A stretch of DNA of 64,000 nucleotides from Candidatus Parcubacteria bacterium (GTDB lineage: Bacteria; Patescibacteriota; Patescibacteriia; Patescibacteriales; UBA12465): positions 463,717 to 527,716 of the forward strand of contig AP029158.1 in NCBI GenBank assembly GCA_037076615.1, written 5' to 3'. The notes under the pieces were generated by a model that was not told where the DNA came from, searched no databases, and worked only from the letters and a program-made list of their open reading frames with translations. The position numbers and the translations under genes are program-made. Below, in pieces: positions 29,902-38,252 of the stretch (position 1 is its first letter; each line of letters begins with the position of its first letter).

Positions 29902-31200
29902 TTAGGAGCGCCCAGGCCAGAAGCGCTGGTAAATAAAAATACAAAAAGGGCCAAGTAAATAAGAAATGGTCGTCGCCCAAGCGGCGCCCACTAAACCAAA
30001 GCGCGGAATGAATAAATAATTTAAACCGACATTGGCCACCATCATTATTAAGTTAAGAAAGAAAATGAGCCACAGACGATTTTCAGAAGTGAGCGCTTGA
30101 TTAATGGCGGTAACTAAAAAGAAGCCAATACTGGACCAGGCATAAACACTTAAAACAGGAGCCGCGGCCGCATACTCCGGGCCAAAAATAAAGATCGTAA
30201 TCGGCTGACTAAAAATAGCCAGTAGTAAAGCAATTGCTAAGGCCAAGGAAAACATCAACCAGTACAATTTACTCAAACGATTTTGGTAGAGCTCCCAACT
30301 GGTTTTTTTTGCATTAACAATCGCCGGGAATAAGGAGCCACAAATAATCCCGGGAACAAAATACCAAATCTCGGAAAGCTTGGCAGCGACTGCGTACAAA
30401 CCAACCGCCGCATTGCCTAAAAAGCGACCAATCATCACCTGATCAACTTTCTGATAAATAAAAGCGGCCGCTGATGATAAGAGTAGCAACCAAGAAACAC
30501 TTAAGATTTTCTTGGCTAAAGTCGGGTTAAAGGTCCAGGTCGACAAAGACCGACCCGATTGGCGATAAAAATAAATAGCCCCGATAGAAATAACTATTGA
30601 TTCAACTAAGGCGGCCACCGCCAACCAAATGACGCCGCGGTGGGTGACGATGATAATAATCTTTAAGACGGCCGCAAATAAAATTCCGAGCGTTTGAACT
30701 TTGACATTTTTAACCGACTCCACCCGAGAATTAAAGAAAGTGTTGGAAACATTAAAAGCTTGAAAAATAAAACTGCTGGAAAAAATTAAAACAATCAACT
30801 TAACCAAATAACTACTTTCTAAAAAGTAAGCCGCCAGCGAAGCGGCGATAAAAGCAATGGTACCGCCAATTAGTTTTAAACGAAAAGCAGTCCCTAGTAA
30901 TTCATCGCGCTTTTCCGGTTGAGAAATTAACTCCCGATATAAAATTGCATCTACCCCTAAGGGGGCGATAAAAGAAAAAAGTCCGACAAAAGATAAGGCA
31001 TAATTATAAAGGCCATAATTAGTGGGACCAAGATAACGAGCGACGGCGGCGCCGACAAAAAAGGAGACGACCAAAGAAAAAAACTGCCCGACAAACATCC
31101 AGCCAGTATTTTTAAAATATTTTTTGACCCCCTCATGGTTTAACCAGGGATGATAGGACGACGGAACCAAGCGTAAAACGCGCTGCCAGTTTAAAAGCAT
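29902..31200 (-). CDS. Polysaccharide flippase (Wzx-like, MOP superfamily)
   Basis: 432 aa, about 12-14 TM segments. Convergent with the sugar transferase, sharing a bidirectional terminator. Confidence 0.7.
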   Translation of the reverse strand: MLLNWQRVLRLVPSSYHPWLNHEGVKKYFKNTGWMFVGQFFSLVVSFFVGAAVARYLGPTNYGLYNYALSFVGLFSFIAPLGVDAILYRELISQPEKRDELLGTAFRLKLIGGTIAFIAASLAAYFLESSYLVKLIVLIFSSSFIFQAFNVSNTFFNSRVESVKNVKVQTLGILFAAVLKIIIIVTHRGVIWLAVAALVESIVISIGAIYFYRQSGRSLSTWTFNPTLAKKILSVSWLLLLSSAAAFIYQKVDQVMIGRFLGNAAVGLYAVAAKLSEIWYFVPGIICGSLFPAIVNAKKTSWELYQNRLSKLYWLMFSLALAIALLLAIFSQPITIFIFGPEYAAAAPVLSVYAWSSIGFFLVTAINQALTSENRLWLIFFLNLIMMVANVGLNYLFIPRFGLVGAAWATTISYLLGPFCIFIYQRFWPGRS

Positions 31201-31243
31201 AAAACAATCTTCTTTTTACTTTCTCAGTTTAGCATTTTCACAA

Positions 31244-31273
31244 TAAAAAAAGGAGAAGTCTTTTGACTTCTCC
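31244..31273 (-). terminator. Intrinsic terminator after the 405-aa gene
   Basis: GGAGAAGTC-TTTT-GACTTCTCC followed by a T-run on the minus strand. Confidence 0.7.
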
Positions 31274-31282
31274 AAAATTTCT

Positions 31283-32500
31283 TTAATTAAAATCTACTAA
31301 CATTTTAGCGAGCAGCCCAACCTGTAAGTTTGGTGACTCACGATAATGGTCCAATAAATCCTGTTGTTTTAAGATTTCTGCTCGGGGAATTTTCAAGACC
31401 AGGCTAAAAGCCAGGTTACGGTAATGACAATTGGACGATTTTTGCGCTTCAAAAAGAAGTTTTAAATTTTCCAATAACTTTTCATTACCAACTCTTGATA
31501 CCAAGCGGCGAGTGTGGTGGCGGACTCGTTTAAGCCCGGAACACTGACCAAGAAGCAAGTGCTCCAAGGGTAAGTTATCATCACTGACCTTGCGCAATAA
31601 CCTTAAAACCAGACTTCGATGCTGACGGCTACGACTATCCAAGCAACAGATCAGGAAGTCAACGTGCTTGTCCGGACTAATCCAGAGGCTGTTAGAAATT
31701 GTTTGTAAGGCCAACTGACGAAACCCCTGACGGATGTCTTTGTCCCCCCAATTAATAAAGCTTTTTAAATAATCCAGATAAATCTCTTGAATTCCTTGAT
31801 AAGAAAACTCGGAATTAAAAAAAGATAAAGCTAATTCCGCCGCCAAATAAGGAATGTGAAGATACCGCGAATTAGACAATTGAACCAAGTAATCTAAATT
31901 GCTCAGTAATTTCTCCACTGGCCAACTTTTCATTACTTCTAAGTGAGCCAAAGTGGCCGCCTCAGAAAGAAGCTGGTTTTGTCCTTTTTCAAACTTAAGA
32001 ATTAATTCAAGATTTCTTTCTTTTTGTTCCAGGCTCCAAGATTTAATAATTTTAGCCATCAACTCGCACATCAGGGACCGCATAATAATTAAACCCTCAG
32101 ACCGTGACCAATTTTGAATAGTCACAAAATAAGGACTTAAAGATGAGGCGGGTAAAGCGCGCAAAATAATAGTGGCTGTTTCAGCTGTTTCTTTGCGGTT
32201 GGCCAGGGACAAAACCTCTGTCAACTTTTTCTCAAAGACCGCCGCGGGAAGACTTTCTAAAATCTTCGTTACTTTTTCTTCAGCGGCCCGACAAGCATTA
32301 GCAATTTTAATAATTTCTTCTAAATCAGAGACAATCTCCTCAGCACTAAAGGATTTTAATTTTTTCCAGGCATATTCTCGAGCATGATAGTCGCACGAAT
32401 AAATAGAAAGTCGCAACCAAAAACTTGGTCGATTCTTGCTATTAGCCTCCGGATTCTCACTAAGCCAATCTAATGGTCCAGAATTTCCTTCTCTTTCCAT
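31283..32500 (-). CDS. Alpha-helical repeat protein (HEAT/ARM-like impression), unknown function
   Basis: 405-aa ORF with its own near-consensus promoter and terminator. Leu-rich, helix-like periodicity. No recognisable catalytic motif. Confidence 0.5.
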   Translation of the reverse strand: MEREGNSGPLDWLSENPEANSKNRPSFWLRLSIYSCDYHAREYAWKKLKSFSAEEIVSDLEEIIKIANACRAAEEKVTKILESLPAAVFEKKLTEVLSLANRKETAETATIILRALPASSLSPYFVTIQNWSRSEGLIIMRSLMCELMAKIIKSWSLEQKERNLELILKFEKGQNQLLSEAATLAHLEVMKSWPVEKLLSNLDYLVQLSNSRYLHIPYLAAELALSFFNSEFSYQGIQEIYLDYLKSFINWGDKDIRQGFRQLALQTISNSLWISPDKHVDFLICCLDSRSRQHRSLVLRLLRKVSDDNLPLEHLLLGQCSGLKRVRHHTRRLVSRVGNEKLLENLKLLFEAQKSSNCHYRNLAFSLVLKIPRAEILKQQDLLDHYRESPNLQVGLLAKMLVDFN

Positions 32501-32535
32501 GATATTCTGTTTTTTGATGTTAATGTTCTGGCCCT

Positions 32536-32564
32536 AATATAACACCTTTAAGTAAAAATGTCAA
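32536..32564 (-). promoter_or_regulatory. Near-consensus promoter for the 405-aa helical-repeat gene
   Basis: Minus strand TTGACA (32564-32559), 17 nt, TATATT (32541-32536). Confidence 0.55.
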
Positions 32565-32616
32565 TCAAAAAAGCGGCCCTTTTGACAGAACCGCTCTTTT
32601 TTTCCTAATCTACCAA

Positions 32617-34914
32617 TTAATTTATCTCACAGGCGCCACCGGCACAGGCCAATTCTTTTTTAACCTCGGTTTCATCCTGTTTTTCATAACTGATAATTTG
32701 GGCAAAATCCATACTCCGGAATTTCTCCAAAAGCTCTTCATATCTCTTCTCATCAATCGCTTCATAAGGGGCTAACTCGTAAACATGATTGGTGCGCGGC
32801 AAGAAGGAAAGACCACCAATAATATCCCAATTCTCATAGACCCAATTAGCGACACCAATCCATTCCTCGTCACCGACCGTGATGGTCACGGAGGGGTTAT
32901 GTTCAGTAAAGTTTAATTTAACCTTCTTCCAGTGCTCCAATTGTTCTAAGGCGTTTAAATCATCACCGAAGATTGAGCCCTTTGGAGCTTTAACCGGGAA
33001 CTCGAAGACAAAAGTGCTAGCATCTTCATAGGCTTGTCCAACTTCCGGCTTGTAAGGGATTCCCTGGTCGCGCAACATCTTAAATAGCGAATCGGTAGCG
33101 GAGATGCGAACGCGGCGGATGTAGTAAGGAGCATAGCGCGCATGCATACCGGAAGCACAATCAACCAACTGGGAAACAGTGCCAGAAGGCTTCACGCAAG
33201 TAACCGAACTAGAAGCTTGAATGCCAAAACGTTTGGCGTATTCTTTATTAACCCTAATTGATTCCTTCTTAAGTCTTTCTAAAACTTCCGCTTGACGGCT
33301 AACTTTAGAATCCCATTGTCCGGTCACCGAAACGCCGAGCAGGCGTTCAGCTTCACAGTTCTTTTTCCAAGCTTTAGAAAGGTAAGGAAAATAAGTGAGG
33401 GTAGATTGATAAGTTCCTAAGATGGCCGCTAAGCGAACCTTCCTTAGTAATGATTCTTCGGTGTCATTATGACGAGCAACCACTTCAGTTAAATTACAGA
33501 ATTGCTTGGACTGGAGGATAATTTCACCACAGGGGTTAGTGCCCATTTGGCCGACCATATTGCCATGGGCATCAAAAAAGCCGGACTGCTCATGCAAAAG
33601 ATCTAAGCGGCGTTTCGGCAGAGTTTTAACAAGTGAGCCGCGATTGAATATTCCCCGTTCGCCCGAGCCGGATTTCATCAGTGCAGTCCACTCATCCATA
33701 AACTCTTCGTTGGTCGGTTTTTTAAGATAAACGGCGGAGTTATTGGCCAAGCTTCGTTGTGATTCGGTTAGGTAAAATTGGCCTTTTTTAGCATCGCGAA
33801 TATCGTCATCATCTAAATCCGATAGCGAGATCATGGCACTGCGGCGAACACCACCAGAAACAACACAGTAACCAATCATACAAATAATATCGTGCAAATC
33901 AATATTGCGCAGCCGGCGTCCTTGGCGGTTTAACATCTTTTTGCGCGTAAAATCTAAGAGTTGGCGAAGCGGTTCGGGGCCGGAACTTTTACCACCCATG
34001 GTCATCAGCCGCGCCCCGGCCGGCCGTAACTGCGAATAATCAAAAATAATATCTTCACCGGCGGCCCAAATTTTCATCCCTAAAGCCAAAGCATCAGCCC
34101 AGCCCTCTTTACTATCCGGAACCACAAAAGTGCTGGGTTTTTTGCCACTTTGATTTAAGATCTGAGGGAATTTTTCAACATTCTGACTTTCCACGGACCA
34201 ACCGACACCGGTGCCACACATAGAAACATACATAATCTCGGCAATGTCTTGAAAATTTTCCGGCGCAATATAAGAACAGTTATAAGCACAAGCATTGGTG
34301 CGATCAGCGGCTTTACCAGAGAATTGCATCAGCCGCATCGAAGGCATAATTTCCTGATTTAAAATGGCCTCGCGTAGTTCGCCATATTCTTTTTCCGTGA
34401 GCGCATCCTTAAGATTCTTTTTCATGTAGCTTAAGTAGCGGTCAACGGTTTCAATCCAAGTCTCGCGACGTTGCTCCTCGTCAATCCAGCGTGAATAGCT
34501 GCGGTAAAAAATGAATTCTGATAAAGGATTTTTAAAATATTTTTTACTTTCCTCAGTTAATTTTTGAACGTGCTCCGGAATTTCAAGGTTGCGCTTTCTC
34601 ACATCGGCTCGTTTCTGGCGGTATAAAATATAAGCCTTAGCTACTTTCGGAAAATCATTGCGCATCAATTCCTCTTCCACTAAGTCTTGGATCATCTCAA
34701 CATGAGGAATAAAGTTTTTTTCATCGGAAAACTTTTTCATGCGCTTTAGATGAAGCTCCACTTGGGCGCTAATTTTCTTAGCGAAGCCATTGGTTTCTTG
34801 GCCGACTTCTTCAAAAGCTTTAGTGATCGCATTTTCGATGCGACCGCTATCAAATCTGACAATCTCACCACTCCGTTTCCGGATTTTTGTGATTGCGGGC
34901 AAATTTTTAGGCAT
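32617..34914 (-). CDS. nrdJ: Class II (adenosylcobalamin-dependent) ribonucleotide reductase with N-terminal ATP-cone
   Basis: 765 aa. ATP-cone (ITKIRKRSGEIVRFDSGRIENAI), active-site TNPCGEI, C-terminal redox tail CAGGACEI. Confidence 0.9.
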   Translation of the reverse strand: MPKNLPAITKIRKRSGEIVRFDSGRIENAITKAFEEVGQETNGFAKKISAQVELHLKRMKKFSDEKNFIPHVEMIQDLVEEELMRNDFPKVAKAYILYRQKRADVRKRNLEIPEHVQKLTEESKKYFKNPLSEFIFYRSYSRWIDEEQRRETWIETVDRYLSYMKKNLKDALTEKEYGELREAILNQEIMPSMRLMQFSGKAADRTNACAYNCSYIAPENFQDIAEIMYVSMCGTGVGWSVESQNVEKFPQILNQSGKKPSTFVVPDSKEGWADALALGMKIWAAGEDIIFDYSQLRPAGARLMTMGGKSSGPEPLRQLLDFTRKKMLNRQGRRLRNIDLHDIICMIGYCVVSGGVRRSAMISLSDLDDDDIRDAKKGQFYLTESQRSLANNSAVYLKKPTNEEFMDEWTALMKSGSGERGIFNRGSLVKTLPKRRLDLLHEQSGFFDAHGNMVGQMGTNPCGEIILQSKQFCNLTEVVARHNDTEESLLRKVRLAAILGTYQSTLTYFPYLSKAWKKNCEAERLLGVSVTGQWDSKVSRQAEVLERLKKESIRVNKEYAKRFGIQASSSVTCVKPSGTVSQLVDCASGMHARYAPYYIRRVRISATDSLFKMLRDQGIPYKPEVGQAYEDASTFVFEFPVKAPKGSIFGDDLNALEQLEHWKKVKLNFTEHNPSVTITVGDEEWIGVANWVYENWDIIGGLSFLPRTNHVYELAPYEAIDEKRYEELLEKFRSMDFAQIISYEKQDETEVKKELACAGGACEIN

Positions 34915-35033
34915 AGGGTTTATAAAAATAAAAAATAAATAGCCAGAGGCGATAGCAGTTTAAAAGCGCGAGAAAAAGCTAAGAAAATAAGCACTTTTCC
35001 TTATAAAAGACGGTTAAACGGCCTAAAGAAAAA

Positions 35034-35082
35034 TAACTATATGTTGGGTCTAATGCTAGTAAAAAACTACTACATATGGTAT
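35034..35082 (-). promoter_or_regulatory. Two candidate NrdR boxes overlapping or following the nrdJ -10
   Basis: taaCTATATGTTGggt (35034-35049) and ctaCTACATATGGtat (35067-35082) match the NrdR consensus acaCwAtATaTwGtgt at 12/16 and 11/16. Spacing of about 33 bp is slightly longer than the usual 31-32. Confidence 0.3.
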
Positions 35083-35109
35083 TCTAGCAAATTTCTTAAG
35101 AGGGGTCAA
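35081..35109 (-). promoter_or_regulatory. Candidate sigma-70-type promoter of nrdJ
   Basis: Minus strand TTGACC (35109-35104), 17-nt spacer, TAGAAT (35086-35081). About 165 nt upstream of the nrdJ ATG. Confidence 0.5.
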
Positions 35110-35163
35110 AGGGGCTGTGTTTAGCGTCTTAAAAGCGAAAAAAGAGTAGTTATTAACAGGCTT

Positions 35164-35198
35164 AAAAAAACTACAGCCCGCTTTTTTTAAAAGCGGGC
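35164..35198 (-). terminator. Intrinsic terminator after yidD
   Basis: GCCCGCTTTT-AAA-AAAAGCGGGC, then TGTAGTTTTTTT on the minus strand. Confidence 0.65.
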
Positions 35199-35216
35199 CA
35201 AAATTTATCTTGAGTT

Positions 35217-35480
35217 CTATTTAAGCGGATCGTGACCGCCTTCATTCCAAGGATTACAGCGCAAAATTCGCCGGATTGTCATTAAGCCACCTTTAATGGC
35301 GCCATATTTTTCTAGAGCGGCAATACCGTAGTCTGAACAAGAGGGCGTAAACCGACAATAGCCATAAGGCCAGCGCCCCTTAAAAACACCATGATCAGGA
35401 GAGATGGTTTTTTGGTAAAGCTTAATCGCGGCGATACCTAAGTTCCTCGGCCAGTACCAAAAAATAAATTTGTCATTCAT
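35217..35480 (-). CDS. yidD: Membrane protein insertion efficiency factor YidD
   Basis: 87 aa. YQKTISP.....[37 protein letters not shown]. Confidence 0.85.
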   Translation of the reverse strand: MNDKFIFWYWPRNLGIAAIKLYQKTISPDHGVFKGRWPYGYCRFTPSCSDYGIAALEKYGAIKGGLMTIRRILRCNPWNEGGHDPLK

Positions 35481-35491
35481 AAATTGATTAT

Positions 35492-35522
35492 AAAAAATCG
35501 GCTGCCATTTGGCAAGCCGATT
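35492..35522 (-). terminator. Intrinsic terminator after the orphan gene pair
   Basis: AATCGGCTTGCC-AAAT-GGCAGCCGATT (one bulge) followed by TTTTTT on the minus strand. Confidence 0.6.
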
Positions 35523-35545
35523 ATTTTTAATTCTCTTTTAGGATT

Positions 35546-36169
35546 TTAAGTGGTTTTGAGAAGGTAATCACCGAAAGAAAAACATCTTTTTTCCGCTTCG
35601 GGGCTTAAAAATACATAGCCGGTTCGCTTGGAAAAAATGCTGACCTCTTCTTTTTCAATGAAGGTCCCGATAGTTTTATAAGCAAAAGAGTGGACATCCC
35701 TACGAATGCACAACAAATGCCTAACCCCATAACGATCAACATAGGCGGAGTGCATAATAATCAAACGATCAAGCTTCATGTCTCTTAAATCATGATCACT
35801 TATTCGCTCTCTTAAAAGAGCGGCGACCTCAACCGTGGCCGACAGTAAGCCTCGCGCCTTTGCTTCTTCTCTAATTTCCGCAAGACGACCCTTCTTGTTT
35901 TTCAAAATCGTAATTCCCATTAGCTCCGAACTGGACTCTTCGTTTCTGGCGGCGATAAAAATATCGCGGGCCGTCGAGGAAAGCCCGTAGCCATTTTTTT
36001 CAAGACGATCAATCCACACCGACGAATCTCCAGTTTTAGGATCCAAATTCAAAAGAATCCGATCCTGGGCATAAACAATCACCCCCGAAAAAAGCCGGAG
36101 CACGGAAAGCGGGAATAAAACAAAAGCCGCGACCACCGCTAAAATAATAACAATTATAGTTCCCATCAT
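35546..36169 (-). CDS. Hypothetical membrane-anchored protein (orphan)
   Basis: 207-aa ORF with an N-terminal TM helix. Starts 4 nt after the upstream ORF and is followed by a terminator. No recognisable domain. Confidence 0.45.
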   Translation of the reverse strand: MMGTIIVIILAVVAAFVLFPLSVLRLFSGVIVYAQDRILLNLDPKTGDSSVWIDRLEKNGYGLSSTARDIFIAARNEESSSELMGITILKNKKGRLAEIREEAKARGLLSATVEVAALLRERISDHDLRDMKLDRLIIMHSAYVDRYGVRHLLCIRRDVHSFAYKTIGTFIEKEEVSIFSKRTGYVFLSPEAEKRCFSFGDYLLKTT

Positions 36170-36173
36170 CTTA

Positions 36174-36995
36174 TTATTTTAGTTGGCCGTGAGCATCGCT
36201 GTAAATCAAGAAGGAAAATTTTTCATCAAAATCTGAATCCAGAGGAATCAGCTCCCAGCGCATCTGCCCCGGATCACAAGCTAAAGCTTTGATATAAGGG
36301 GTGTCCTCATATTCATCCCAATAGATGGTGCCCAGCGAACAAATATATCTTTGGTACCACGACTCAGGAACAAGACTCTCGTTCTCTAAGAGGAAGTCAA
36401 AAATATTGGCGTTCGGCGAATAATCGCGGAGTTTACATAAAAAGGGGCTCAGGCCATTTTTTACTTGACTCGGCGTCACAAATTTAAAAGCTTTTTCATC
36501 AAAAAAAATTGGCTCTTTAAGATTGTGAAAAGAAGCTTGATAGCCAGAAATCTTTTTGGGAGCACTGTTAAAATGAATTTTCCCGGGCTGAGAAATTTTC
36601 GCTTTCCCTTCAATCACCTGGCGCATCAGATAGCCCTGATTTTCAATAATTCCCTGCAAAGAGCGAATTGTTTCTTCGTAATTTAAAGAGCCTTGCTCTA
36701 GCAAATCTTCAGTTTTCTGCTGAAGCAAAAAGATTTGATAGACCAAGAGCTGTTCATCAACAATATTCCGGCAGGGCATTCCCTCGAGGCCACCATTTTC
36801 CGGCGCCATAAGTTCCAAGCCATTTCTTTGGGCGGCGACCATTATCCACCCCTGACCTTCGGTTAACAACTGTAGTTCAGAGAGAGTACTTTGATAGCCG
36901 AGCGACTGTTTATCAATCCGCTTCTTCACTTCTCTAAACTTTTTAACTAAAGCGCCAATTTGGCACTCGGTTAATTTCTTTCTACTTTCGTTCAT
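36174..36995 (-). CDS. Hypothetical protein (orphan) with an internal N-terminal duplication
   Basis: 273-aa ORF. Two related segments, SLGYQSTLSELQLLTEGQGWIM and SLNYEETIRSLQGIIENQGYLM. No recognisable domain. Confidence 0.45.
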   Translation of the reverse strand: MNESRKKLTECQIGALVKKFREVKKRIDKQSLGYQSTLSELQLLTEGQGWIMVAAQRNGLELMAPENGGLEGMPCRNIVDEQLLVYQIFLLQQKTEDLLEQGSLNYEETIRSLQGIIENQGYLMRQVIEGKAKISQPGKIHFNSAPKKISGYQASFHNLKEPIFFDEKAFKFVTPSQVKNGLSPFLCKLRDYSPNANIFDFLLENESLVPESWYQRYICSLGTIYWDEYEDTPYIKALACDPGQMRWELIPLDSDFDEKFSFLIYSDAHGQLK

Positions 36996-37148
36996 GATTT
37001 AAACAATTTTGACTCTTGCCGTTCTCAAATATTTATTTATTCTGCAACAGCGCTCTAAATCCTTAAAAAGATTCAGGGCGCTGTCGCAAAAAGCTGTTAA
37101 GGTGCTTAGTCTTTTATAACTTAAAAAGCCGTTTTAGTCAAGAGTAAC

Positions 37149-37175
37149 AAAAAAGAGGCTTTTGGCCTCTTTTTC
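37149..37175 (-). terminator. Intrinsic terminator after the 322-aa gene
   Basis: AGAGGC-TTTTG-GCCTCT flanked by A and T runs. Confidence 0.6.
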
Positions 37176-37191
37176 TCTTAAATTAGTTTTT

Positions 37192-38160
37192 TTATTCAGT
37201 CGCCAACCTTATTTCCCCACACTTCCCGTTAGTAGCATCAACAGCATCAAAAATATCGTCAATGTTCGGCTCGTAAGCGGATAGTTTAGTGCCATCTTTT
37301 AAGGTTAGCTCCACAAATTCTTGATGACTTTGAAAAGCCTCCTCCACTTCACAATTATTAATCGCTTCTAAGAGGATGGGCCAGGTGCTATTGGCCTCGT
37401 TTACAAAAGAGCGGTTATCAGGAGTCAAGCAAAGATTGGGGTTAGTTTCATCAACTTTTAAGCCAGCAGCCACACAATCATCATAATTTCTAATTCCATC
37501 TAAGAGAGCCTGACAATAGTCATGGCTGCCCCAATCGCTGGCAACCAAACAAACAGCCAAACGATCTTTAATAGTGGTTTGCGAAAGAGTAATAGTCTTA
37601 ACAATCTCTTCCACTAAGGCGTCAAGATTGAAATCAGCCTGCTCTTTTTCACAAGCGGTCTTCTCCGGGTCGTCATAGTTAACGCATTGCGGATAGCCAA
37701 GGAAGAAAGAAATAACTCCGGTTTGGCCGGCCAGGGGGAAATAATAACTATAGTTTTTGTAGATGGTGCCGGCCGCTCCCTCAGAATAAGTGGAAACGCA
37801 GTAAGAACGACCATCAATTGTCTTCTCAGCTTTCCAAATTCCCGGCGATGACTCATTGCCGACAGGATTACAAGAATAAGGGGCATTTAAAACAATTAAT
37901 GTTGGTGACCAGTCTCGAGAAGAAATGTATTTTGTCTCAAGTCTAGGCGGATAACTGTAGGATTCACCGGTATCGGTAACGCTAAACACCCAGTCGGCGG
38001 GGAGATTAATTCCAGAAGAAATATCGCGCTGGCCGTCATCATTTGTCACTAAAACGGCGGCGGCGATCATCACTAAACCAAGGGCGATTAAAAGCAAAAG
38101 GGGCCCATAATGGAAGGGTCTCTTGGTGGTGGTTTTTTTAAAAGAATTTTCAGGTTCCAT
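37192..38160 (-). CDS. Hypothetical Cys-rich exported or membrane-anchored protein (orphan)
   Basis: 322-aa ORF. N-terminal TM/signal anchor (LLLLIALGLVMIAAAVLV), many Cys residues. Terminator follows. Confidence 0.45.
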   Translation of the reverse strand: MEPENSFKKTTTKRPFHYGPLLLLIALGLVMIAAAVLVTNDDGQRDISSGINLPADWVFSVTDTGESYSYPPRLETKYISSRDWSPTLIVLNAPYSCNPVGNESSPGIWKAEKTIDGRSYCVSTYSEGAAGTIYKNYSYYFPLAGQTGVISFFLGYPQCVNYDDPEKTACEKEQADFNLDALVEEIVKTITLSQTTIKDRLAVCLVASDWGSHDYCQALLDGIRNYDDCVAAGLKVDETNPNLCLTPDNRSFVNEANSTWPILLEAINNCEVEEAFQSHQEFVELTLKDGTKLSAYEPNIDDIFDAVDATNGKCGEIRLATE

Positions 38161-38252
38161 ATGTTTTTTAAAATTAAAGAAAACGAAGTCTTCTTAAGAG
38201 AATAATAGCAAATTTAAGGATTTTGGGGAATTGGATTAAAAAAGGTTAAATT

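Noticed and set aside
34915-35080. Cobalamin riboswitch in the long nrdJ leader
   Set aside because: The leader is only ~160 nt and AT-rich, and I see no B12-box-like GCCACTG core. There is no support from the sequence.
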